From contig OZ024757.1 in assembly GCA_964016885.1 (NCBI GenBank), forward strand, positions 12,586,001 to 12,650,000: a stretch of 64,000 nt of DNA, given 5' to 3'. How positions within the stretch are numbered: position 1 is the first letter of the stretch; each line of letters begins with the position of its first letter. Shown in pieces: positions 52,868-64,000 of this stretch. The DNA comes from Eledone cirrhosa. Taxonomy: Eukaryota. The position numbers and the translations under genes are program-made. The notes beneath the pieces were generated by a model, which saw nothing but the letters and a program-made list of their open reading frames with translations, had not been told where the DNA came from and made no database searches.

Positions 52868-54352
52868 GTAAGTAATTATTTGATAATCTGTCTGTATATT
52901 TCCATTCATGACTTAGTGGTTAGTGTGTTTGTCTCATGATCATAAGGTTCTGAGTTCAATTCCCAGAAACATATTGTATCTTTGAGCAAGACACCTTATT
53001 TCATGTTACTTCAGTCTACTCAGATGGGAAAATGAGTTGTATTTGTAATTCAAAAAACCAGCTTTGTTTCATACTTTGTTATGCTGAATCTCCCTGTGAA
53101 TTATAATAATGGTGACCGTTATTGTTACTGTAATTCAATGGGCCAGCTATATCACATACAATATATCACTGAATCTCCCTTAGAATCACATTAAGAGTAC
53201 ATATATCTGTGGAATACTCAGCCACGCTCACTATAACACAAGATGGACTGTACCTGTAATTAAAAGGACCAGCTTTGTCACACACTGTGCCATACTGAAT
53301 CTCCCTGAGAATTACGCTATGGGTGCACATGTCTGTGGAATACTCAGCCATTTACACCTTAATTACATGAGTAAACTGTTCTGTTATTCAAACAATTGGA
53401 ACACTCATTGTTAGAACTGACAGATGTCTAAAAGACAGGTGTAACTTCTACTTCCTCAAATTTTCAGGTAGTTGGCTTCTCCCGCTACTGATGTCCACTG
53501 TATTGATGGAGAGGTCAGCAAAGATTTGAGAAACTATGATTTATTTATATAAGGGGTCTGTAGGAGATAATTTATAATGTTGGGGTCATTTCATGGATCC
53601 CTTTCAGATATTTTCACAGCATTAATGTAAAGATGACTTGTTAAAGGTAGCTAATGAGGATTTGTGTAAGTGTACAGTGTTTTAGGACACCTGTTATCAC
53701 TTTCCTTCTCACCTGTATAAAATAATCAGTGCTCACCGATAAGATCCTGTATCATTATGGAGGACACGTGACATGTAAATATTTGTAAATATTACATGAA
53801 TCAGATGACATTCTGGTGAACACAGATGTGGTCAGTTTAAACTAAAGATTGCCAACATCAACCTTTCTCAAGGAAAGCAGGTGTATCTACTCCTATTTCA
53901 TGTAGGCTATCATGAATTTGTGGCTAGGTCTTTGATAACCAACTTGGCTGATATTAGAATTAAGAAGAAAATAAACAGAATATTTATTAGTAAAATACAG
54001 AGATGAGAGGACAGTGATGCTATATTGTAGATTTGGCATAAGTGAAAGACAAAGCTATGGGAAAAACAAATGTCTAATCAGCTGATAGTGAAATGAGATA
54101 ATTACAATAATGTTAGAATATATAAGATGTTTTTATAGATAGAAAATATTTATAAAGTTTAACATATTTTGTTGTGGGCCTAAATACTCAGATATGACCT
54201 GATATAACAAGAAGAGAAAATATTGACTAAAGCCATTGTGATCACTAGTTGACTTCTGATGATAGGAATGTCTGAAAATATAAAATATAGATTATAAACA
54301 GGAATAGAAAATCTTTACAGTAAAATGAAAAAGCTTGGAAATATATTTTCAG

Positions 54353-54421
54353 GGTCTCAAAAGCCGAATGAGAAAGTCCTATGGAAGGTAGCAAAACTGT
54401 TGGGAAAATGGTTTGCAGTTG
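54353..54421 (+). CDS. Ankyrin-RING-death domain gene, exon 5 (first helices of the death domain)
   Basis: TTTTCAG|GG SQKPNEKVLWKVAKLLGKWFAV G|GTGAGT; 69 nt, phase 1-1; supplies the L..VA..LG.W motif. Confidence 0.85.
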
Positions 54422-55244
54422 GTGAGTATAAGATTACAGTATCTTGTTGATTTCTATAAAGTTTACTTTTAACTGAATTGGTAAAAATGGATAAATTAGA
54501 AGATACAATATAACTAATATTGTCTTCTAAAACAGGGAATAAAAATCTGTTGGTGTATTGGGGTAAACAAGTGAGTTAATGGGAATATTTTTGTTTGTTT
54601 TTATTGAAACATATTAAATTTACAGATAGGTTGTTATTTAGTCTCGGTTCTGCCATGATCTGCAGATTTATAATGGAGAGTGTTCCAGGTGTGACCACCC
54701 TACATTATTCCTAGAGAAGGGCAGTGGAGTAGCAGTATCGGTAGAGGGTCGGACGCCATGCTTTCCAGCATAGTTACGTCCCTTCACGATCTGAGTTCAA
54801 ATCCCGCCGAGGTTGACTTTGCCTTTCATCCTTACGGGGTCGATAAAATAAAGTACCAATAATGCACTGGGTAATTGCTGGCCTTGTGCCTAAAGTAGAA
54901 ACAATTATTCCTAGAGATTGTTACTCCTTCATTCTTCAGTCATCTTGGTCTTATGAGATGGTGTAGTCTTATTGTTAAGGTTATGGTCTTCCTTTGTCCA
55001 CACTCTCTATCAAAGGCTTCCTTCTCTGGAAAAAGAATTAATGTTCACAACCATCTGTCTATTTGTTTTCAGATGAGAATAAAGTTAATCTAGCTTGTAT
55101 GTCTACCTGATCAAATGACTGGCTGATATCTTGAAGTCATTTACACCACAGAACTGTAGGAGTCTTGATCCCTCAAGCCATACCTCTAGCCATCATGTAC
55201 TCCAAAAGAGTCATCTTCGTGCTACTCAACATGTCCATTAAATT

Positions 55245-56580
55245 TAGCAGCAAGGATGCCCTCTTCTTAGTGAGACAACTACAAGAGAGGTTCTTAGAGA
55301 AGAATAAACCACTATACTTAGCTTTTGTTGACCTAGAGATGGCCTTCGATAGAGAACCCCGATCTGTGATCTGGTGGTCCCTAAAGAAACTAGGTGTAGA
55401 GGAATGGCTTGTGAGGACAGTGCAAGCTATGTACAGGGGTGTTGTCAGTAAAGTGAGAGTAGGAATGGAGTTTGGTGAGGAATTCCAGATATAAGTAGGT
55501 GTACATCAGGGTTCGGTCTTCAGTCGAATCTTGTTCATTATATTCCTCCAAGCCATAACAGAGGAGTTTAAGACTGGCTGTCCATGGGAACTTCTCTATG
55601 CTGATGATCTGGTTCTTATAGCAGAATCAGTAGAGGAGCTAGAGAATAAATTCTGGCTATGGAAACAGCAGTTGGAAGCAAGAAGACTGAGAGGGAACCT
55701 AGCTAAGACAAATGTGTTTATAAGTAGAAGAGAGGACAAAACTCTGATTCCGTCAGGGAAATGGCCATGTTCGATATGTAGAAAAGGAGTTGGCATAAAT
55801 TCTATAAAATGTTCACAAGGCAGATCTTGGGTACACAAGGGATGTTGTGGGATAGCAGGAAAACTGACAGGTAGGGAGAAATACGTATGCAGTAGATGTA
55901 CAGGGAAATTTGACAGAGATTGCAGTGATAGACACATTTTTCAAATGCAGGTAGGATCTATAGAGGTAGTTGATAGCTTCTGATACCTAGGTGATCGGAT
56001 TAGTAAGGGAGGAGGGTGTTCCGAGGCCATAGTATCTAGAATAAGGACGGGTTGGAAGAAGTTTAGGGAGCTGCTTCCTCTGCTGACAATGAAGGGTTTC
56101 TCCCTACAGACGAAAGGCCGGTTATATGATGGCTGTGTGAGATGTGTGATGCTGCATGGTAGTGAGAAATGGGCAGCAACTGCAGAGGAAATGTGACGGC
56201 CGGAGAGAAATGAGGCAAGCATGCTCCGTTGGATGTGCAATGTCAATGTGTGTGAATGACCCAGCATAGACGAGTTGAGAGAGAAACTGTGTATAAGAGG
56301 GATAAGATGTAGTGTGCGGGAGAGAAGACTGTGTTGGTATGGATGTATGATATGCATGGCAGGTGACTGCTGAGTAATGAAGTGCCAAGATATCCTAGTG
56401 GAAGGAAGACGCAGTAGAGGAAGACCACAAAAAACATGGGGAGAGGTGGTGAGAGCAGACCTGAGATCGCTGAAGCTCACAGAGTAGCTGACAAAGGACC
56501 GTGTCAAATGGAGAGATGATGAATAGGACGCGTCCCACCCTTGCAAGCAGGGAAAAGAGGATGTAAAATGATGATGATAA
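55245..56580 (+). mobile_element. Degenerate RTE LINE in an intron
   Basis: DALFLVRQLQE, AFVDLE.AFD, YADD, Cys finger; several stops; (GAT)n tail. Confidence 0.9.
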
Positions 56581-57049
56581 TGAGAAAATGTTTGTCACTT
56601 GTCATTGATGTCTTGGTACATTTTAGGCAGAACCATGACTATTTCAAACACTGATCTTGTGATGTTATTGAGGGGTCTTCCATCTCATCCTTTAAACCTT
56701 TACTATGGATGACATGTTGCGAATGTTGGTTATCAATGTTGAATATTTAAATTCTGAACCAGTTCTGACAATACAAAAACTTCTGCCATTTCTTTGCCAT
56801 AATTTTCTCAAGTCTATTTTCTTTAATCTTGTTCTTCTTTCTTCTCCTCACTTCAACTTCTTTATTTTTGTCGGTATCCTTGGAAACATACAACAATGTT
56901 TTAGAATTTTTATGTTAATTATTTCTATTACTCTACAGCTAGTTACTTTGTTATTTACAACAACCTGTGGTATACATATTTTATATAACTAATCTGTTTA
57001 ATGTTGTTATTGTTGTAATATTGGTTTCTTATTGTTTTATATTTTACAG

Positions 57050-57252
57050 GTATTCAATTAGAAGTTCCAGCTTACATACTGAACAAAATTGAACATAACT
57101 ATAGTGATATTGACAAACAGACTTTTCTAATGTTACTCAGATGGTGTGAAATTTGTAAACCAGAAGAAAGCACCTTGGCCACTCTGAAAGAAGCTCTAAA
57201 GACAGCAGAATGTTTTGAGGCTCTTCGTTGTTTAGATTCAGAGGAAAACTAG
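57050..57252 (+). CDS. Ankyrin-RING-death domain gene, exon 6 (death domain, stop)
   Basis: TTTTACAG|GT IQLEVPAYILNKIEHNYSDIDKQTFLMLLRWCEICKPEESTLATLKEALKTAECFEALRCLDSEEN*; L..I..I..Q...ML..W....T...L..AL pattern. Confidence 0.9.
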
Positions 57253-57526
57253 TCTCTATCATCATCATCATAATCATCATCATCATCTTATATCTTTGTT
57301 CCATTCTAGCATTAGCTGGATGGGTTGTGTTGTCATGGAACTAGACCAGACATTGCTGGATGACGTTTTCAATGACAACCACTTTACAGAGTGGACTGGG
57401 TGCATTTTATTGTGGAACCCTCATGACTAATTTACAGAGTGAACAAGGTGTAGTTTATTGTGCCAGCAACTCTATCAAGCTACATTACCACTTTATACTC
57501 TTGTGTGTGTGTATATGTATCTATAT

Positions 57527-57825
57527 CTAAGGCAGGTAAAATTCCCGAGATCCATGGACGAGTTCTCTCCAGCGGTCTCTGTCTCTCATTATCGTTGCCA
57601 TGTCCTGCGTCTCCAACAGACCAGTGTCTGTCCTTAGGGCATCAACATACGTTAACCTTGGTCTTCCTCTTCTAGTGTGTCCATGTAGGGGCTCCCAAAG
57701 GAGCACTGAGTGCAATGTCAACTCTGTCGGTGAGCATGTCCAGCTAACCTCAGTCTCCTCTGTGTCACTTTTGAGCTGACTTTTGGGATGCTCCCATACA
57801 GCTCTGAGTTTTTCATCCTCAGTGT
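57527..57825 (-). mobile_element. 3' fragment of a second RTE-like family, specific to the right arm
   Basis: VLLWEPLHGHTRRGRPRLTYVDALRTDTG..MRDRDRWRELV. Confidence 0.75.
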
Positions 57826-57962
57826 ATACTAATTAATGTATGTATATGTATATATATATATATGTATATGTATATGTATATATATGTATATGTATATATA
57901 TGTATATATATATGTATATGTGTATGTATATATATATATATATATGTGTATATATGTATATG

Positions 57963-58054
<92 letters not shown>

Positions 58055-59236
58055 TGTGTGTGGAAAAAGGATGGAAAGAAAGAAAGTGTGAAAAAGAGAA
58101 GAATTACTTTTACCAAAAATATTGTTTATCACCAAATTATGAATAAAATATTCTATTTTGGTAGATTCAGTCGTTTGTTTAATTTATTTGATTTATTTTG
58201 ATATGTTGTATATATATATAATTAAGTAGTGTATATATTATTTCTGTATACACACAAATATATACATACAAATATATATGTATGTGTATATCATCATCGT
58301 AATCATCATCATTTAACGTGTTATTTAACACTTGATATGTTAGACAAGGTGTCATGTTATGAAACATGTCAGATCATGTGAACCTGTCTTGCTCACATGG
58401 ATCTGTATTTTGGTTTGGTTTCTACAGCTGGATGCCCTTCCTAATACCAACCACATTACAGAGTGAACTGGGTGAATGGTGAGGTGTAGGGAGAAGATTG
58501 GTGCAGATTAGTGTGTACTCTACATGTTTGTTTCATATCATTTTACATGGGATGTGGGGCAGTCTTCTGCAGTACAGCATGATCCAGAGATCTCAATACT
58601 GTGTCGTCCCCTTTGAGAGTTTGTGTGAGGTCAGCTTTTATCACTTCCTTCCAAGTTTTCCTAGGTCTTCCACTTCCAGAGCTACCATCAACTTTGAGAG
58701 CCCTAAATATATTTATACAGCTGTCACCCTCCATACACACCCCATACCACTACAATCTTCTCTCTTGCACACTGCATCTGATCCCTCTTATGCCTAGTTT
58801 CTCTCTCTGTTCTCTCATGCTTTGACTATGTAGTGGCTGTGTCTTTACAGTTGTTGGATGCCCTTCCTAGTACCAACCACTTTTACAGTGTGGAACTGGG
58901 TGGCACTGTTAGGGGGAATGTCTGGCCAGCTGGCCTCGCTGTACCCTGCTCACAGGGGGACTGTGATTTGGGAGCTGAGAAGTCCCATTATGAGGGATGT
59001 CAGGCCAATTGGCCGCACCATGCCTTGCACCTCGTGAGGTTCACTCTAGTCCTTTGTTGTATGTTGTAGTACCAGAGATCTCAGTCCTGTGTCATCTCCA
59101 TTGAGAGGTTCAGCTGAGCCAGGTTGGCCTTTTGTCATTACATCCTACTTCTGCCTAGGTCTTCCTCTTTTGAGGCACCCTACTGCCTCGAGTTCCCTGC
59201 ACCTTTTTATACAGATGTCATCCTTCATGTGCATCA

Positions 59237-59404
<168 letters not shown>

Positions 59405-59959
59405 TCACCCAATAAAATAATTATTACATATCAACGAAGCAGTCTCTTACCTTGTTACTCGATGTGCTAGAAATAGCAGCCAACTCACTTTTAAACATTT
59501 TAAATTAAGAGAATTAGACATGTGGCTGTGTGTGTAGACATGGAGGGAAGTTAGTGGTTGTTATGAAAGAGGATGTTAAACAAGACAAATACCAATAATT
59601 CTGGTTAGATATATAAGTTACTTCACTTCAGCAAAAAGGTAAAAATATTTGATTACTTCAAATCATAAAAATAATTGTTTCTACTTTAGGCACAAGGCCA
59701 GCAATTAGCCAGTACATTACTGGTACTTTATTTTATCGACCCCATAAGGATGAAAGGCAAAGTTAACCTCGGCAGGATGTGAACTGAGACTGTAAAGGGA
59801 TGTAACTATGCTAGAAAGCATGGCATCCAACCCTCTACCATTACTGCCAATTCACCACCCTCATATCATAAATATGTTTGATTGTAGTATTTACAAATGA
59901 ATATAGTGTTGTATAATAAGGCTCCTGTGTTGTGCTGGAGACAGAAGCTAAGGGATAAA

Positions 59960-60635
59960 TACTAGAGGGAGGTGGCATGGATGGTGTGGGGGTATTTAGT
60001 GGTGATAAGGAGAGCTGCTCGGGAGTACTAGTGGAGGTGGGCATGGATGGAGTGGGGGTATTTATTGGTGATGAGGGGAGCTGCTCGGGAGTACTAGTGG
60101 AGTTGGGCATGGATGGAGTGGGGGTATTTATTGGTGATGAGGGGAGCTGCTAGGGAGTACTAGTGGAGGTGGGCATGGATGGAGTGAGGGTATTTATTGG
60201 TGATGAGGGGAGCTGCTAGGGAGTACTAGTGGAGGTGGGCATGGATGGAGTGGGGGTATTTAGTGGTGATGAGGGGAGCTGCTAGGGAGTACTAGTGGAG
60301 GTGGGCATGGATGGAGTGAGGGTATTTATTGGTGATGAGGGGAGCTGCTAGGGAGTACTAGTGGAGGTGGGCATGGATGGGTGGGGGTATTTAGTGGTGA
60401 TGAGGGGAGCTGCTAGGGATACTAGTGGAGGTGGGCATGGATGGAGTAGGGGTATTTAGTGGAGATGAGAGCTTCTAGGGAGTACTAGTGGAGGGGGCAT
60501 GGATGGAGTGGGGGTATTTAGTGGTGATGAGGAAAGCTGCTAGGGAGAACTAGTGGAGGGGGAATGGATGGAGTGGGGGTATTTAGTGGTGATGAGAGCT
60601 GCTAGGGAGTACTAGTGGAGGTGGGCATGGATGGG
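59960..60635. repeat. 66-bp G-rich minisatellite, about 10 copies (2-3 copies at 6010-6170)
   Basis: Unit GGGAGTACTAGTGGAGGTGGGCATGGATGGAGTGGGGGTATTTAGTGGTGATGAGGGGAGCTGCTA. Confidence 0.9.
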
Positions 60636-62404
60636 GTACATAACAGTGAGGGGAGTGTCTACTAGATTGTGAATTGTGAGGGATTCTAGAGGTTTTGAAG
60701 GGGGCAGCAGATAAGAAGTGGGGGTGGTGTAGTGAGAAATACCTGTTAGGGAGTGCTTGGGAGAGGGAAAATAAGGGGATAGGTGAAGCCACAGTGTTGA
60801 CCAGGTCTTCACTATCATAACATAGTACCAGCCCTTGTGGTCCTTTGTCATTTCTGTTGTGAGGTCTTTTAAGGTCTTCACACACTCATCCCATGTCTTC
60901 CTGGGTCTGCCTCTTCCAATGGTCCTAACCACATCAGTTTTTCTCCATTTCTTTATGCAGCTGCTATCTTTCATACACATCACATGTCCATACCAACGTA
61001 GTCTTCTCTCTCGCACACTACATCTACTTTCTCTTATTCCCTCAGTTTCCTAATGCTGCTCATCCATCTGAGCATACATATATATATAACACCAACACCT
61101 CCTCTATGTTCTGAGTCTCTATATCTTCTTCTTTGCTGTGAAAAGTGTCAAACAAAATATTTCTAAATGTGTTACTGGCTGAGGGCTCCTTTATCTTCCA
61201 TATTCTTCTTCTCCAGGTTGCCCTCTGTCTCTGAGTTCCTCTAGACATAACTATAAAGTCACTAACTACTAAGTTACACACTCATGTCTCAGGTATGTTT
61301 TTACCTTCCTCTATACCCACTCTACTTCTTCACATCAATAGACTACTCCCTTGATTTGTGGTCTCAGCACCGTAGACTTTAATCATCATCATCATCATCA
61401 CTGTTTAACATCGATTTTTCCATGGGTTAGATGAGTTGTCCTATTGTAAGACGATTCAGATCAGATGACCGTGTCTTGGTTCCCATGACTGGATGCCCTT
61501 CATAACGCCAACTACATTTGCAGTGTGTACTGGGTGCTTTCTGCAGTATCACCAAAATGACTACTTTACAGTGTGGACTGGGTACTATTTATTGTGGCAC
61601 CAAAATGACTACTTTACAGTGTGGACTGGGTACTATTTATTGTGGCACCAAAATGACTACTTTACAGTGTGGACTGGGCAGTATCATGGCACCAACATGA
61701 CTACTTTACAGTGTGGACTGGGCACTATTTATTGTGGCACCAAAATGACAACTTTACAGTGAGGACTGGGCACTTTTTGTTCTCCTTCTTGCACTTGCAG
61801 TAAAAGCAGGCACGGAATATCGCAGCAGATACAGTAAAAGCGTCCAAATATAAGAACGTATGACACCGGTAAGAGGGGTGAAACATTGTCAACGCCACCA
61901 AGTACCTGCTGTCTTCATTATAACTTTAATTAATCTAATTATATCTTGTGTAACAATTATATATATATTCACAGTTTTTTCTCCCCGACATCAGTCTTAC
62001 ACTGTCATATCTATTCTTACTTTACAATTGTGTCTACTAAGAGTTCCATTACAATCTGTAGTAGTAAAACTACTATTTCACCAGAACATCTGCTATCAGT
62101 CATTTATAGACAATATATATATTTTAGACCACATATCAACCTAATATATATATTTCCTATCAAATCTGTAGCTAAAGACATAAAGTCAACCTTACTACTT
62201 CATTCTGACAAGATATCAATTTATGACTAAAGATGAAGAAGATACACCAACGTTAATGTCGTGAAATAAAGCTGATAACATCTTTGAAACTTCTAATTTG
62301 ATAACAAAGAGATTATGTCTTTTGTTAGTAAAAACTAACAACACAACACAATGATTATATCTGAAGGAGGTAAGTTGACAAAGATTTACTTGAAGTCTAT
62401 ATTA

Positions 62405-63400
62405 ATGATAGCCACAAATACTAACTGCTATACTGTACATTAGATAATGTAGTCCTAGGTACACTATGTCTTATAGCCACTATACTGTACATTAGATAAT
62501 GTAGTCCTAGGTACACTATGTCTGATAGCCACTATACTGTACATTAGATAATGTAGTCCTAGGTACACTATGTCTGATAGACACTATACTGTACATTAGA
62601 TAATGTAGTCCTAGGTACACTATGTCTGATAGCTACTATACTGTACATTAGATAATGTAGTCCTAGATACACTATGTCTGATAGCCACTATACTGTACAT
62701 TAGGTAATGTAGTCCTAGGTACACTATGTCTGATAGCCACATAACTGAACATTAGATAATATAGTCCTAGATACACTGTCTGATAGCCATTAATACTAAT
62801 TTCTATACTGTACATAAGATAATGTAGTCCTAGATAAACTGTCTTATAGCCAGTAATACTAACTACTGTACTGTACATTAGATAATGTAGTCCTAGATAC
62901 ACTATGGCTGATAGCCACTATACTGTTCATTAGATAATGTAGTCCTAGGTACACTATGTCTGATAGCCACTATACTGTACATTAGATAATGTAGTCCTAG
63001 GTACACTATGTCTGATAGCCACTATACTGTACACTAGATAATGTAGTCCTAGGTACACTATGTCTGATAGCCACTATACTGTACATTAGATAATGTAGTC
63101 CTAGGTACACTATGTCTGATAGACACTATACTGTACATTAGATAATGTAGTCCTAGATACACTATGTCTGATAGCCACTATACTGTACATTAGGTAATGT
63201 AGTCCTAGGTACACTATGTCTGATAGCCACTATACTGTACATTAGATAATATAGTCCTAGATACACTATGTCTGATAGCCATTAATACTAATTTCTATAC
63301 TGTACATAAGATAATGTAGTCCTAGATAAACTATGTCTTATAGCCACTAATACTAACTACTGTACTGTACATTATATAATGTAGTCCTAGATACAATATG
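62405..63400. repeat. 52-bp minisatellite, about 18 copies
   Basis: Unit CTATACTGTACATTAGATAATGTAGTCCTAGGTACACTATGTCTGATAGCCA. Confidence 0.93.
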
Positions 63401-63968
63401 TCTGATAGTCACTAGTATATACGTAGTTCTCAGAGATTCAGCGAGATGTATGACATGGCTTCCCTTTGAAATACATGTAGAACCCATCTTATATTATAAT
63501 GTGTCTGAGTATTTTATTGATACGTATACCGTTGACATTGTTCTCAGGGAGATTCAGTGTGACAATTCTATGTAACAACGTCTTCACTATAATTACTGGT
63601 ACAACTTATTCTTTTTCCAGCTGGGTGAAATAAAACAATGAGAAATAAAGTGTCTTGTTCAAGGCCTCAGAGTACAGACCACCCGGTCTGGGATTCGAAC
63701 TCAGGAACTATATGTTCATGTACTGCGTGCTATCGCCGCCTAAACCCGGTTTCCTCCACATAAAATACACCGGAATGACTTAATCCAGATTAATTCACGA
63801 ACAAGAATTAAAATAAGTCGCTGAGAGTGATCTCCCTTGGCTGACTTTAACATCTTTTCTTCTTCCATTGGAAATTAATTTGTTTCATGTCCGACTGAAA
63901 GACTCTGGAGTTTTTACCTGTCTTGGGTTTAATTTATGAGGAATTTTTAGGTATTTATAACAATTATT

Positions 63969-64000
63969 GGCACTGTCATGGTATTAGCTGTCAGAAGTGA
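63969..64000. mobile_element. Terminus of another copy of the GGCACTGTC TIR element
   Basis: GGCACTGTCATGGTATTAGCTGTCAGAAGTGA is the reverse complement of 27999-28030. Confidence 0.8.

Noticed and set aside
54252-54285. CTGATGA..GAAA hammerhead-like core in an intron
   Set aside because: Stems I and III do not pair convincingly and there is no Penelope context.
45499-57252. Naming the gene MIB1/MIB2, ANK1 or NFKB
   Set aside because: It lacks MIB-HERC2/SH3, ZU5 and Rel domains, so orthology cannot be supported and no symbol is given.

Overview
Repeat-rich, AT-rich animal genomic DNA, most likely an octopus or other coleoid cephalopod. This is inferred from the RTE LINEs, CORE- and tRNA-headed SINEs, (TA)n tracts and an HTGEK-type C2H2 relic; no database was consulted. 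The window is dominated by a large inverted segmental duplication (about 3.63-19.33 kb mirrored by about 40.49-63.46 kb) around a 21-kb transposon-rich spacer. The right arm carries a spliced, apparently intact plus-strand gene that the ORF track shows only in fragments. Six exons (45499-45584, 46424-46571, 50222-50775, 52725-52867, 54353-54421, 57050-57252) have GT/AG ends and compatible phases. They encode about 400 aa: 7 ankyrin repeats, a C3HC4 RING of MIB/IAP-like spacing, and a C-terminal death domain. The left arm holds a divergently oriented, disabled paralog. Both arms keep an extra intact RING exon upstream. Paralog divergence is concentrated in the death domain and in the binding face of one ankyrin repeat. 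The rest is three Helitron relics, many RTE LINE copies, CR1 fragments, Penelope-like elements with several hammerhead-ribozyme motifs and inverted ends, a TIR element enclosing promoter-like sequence, SINEs, minisatellites and palindromes. No CRISPR array, rRNA or true tRNA gene is supported. All alignments were done by eye, and coordinates of repeats are approximate.
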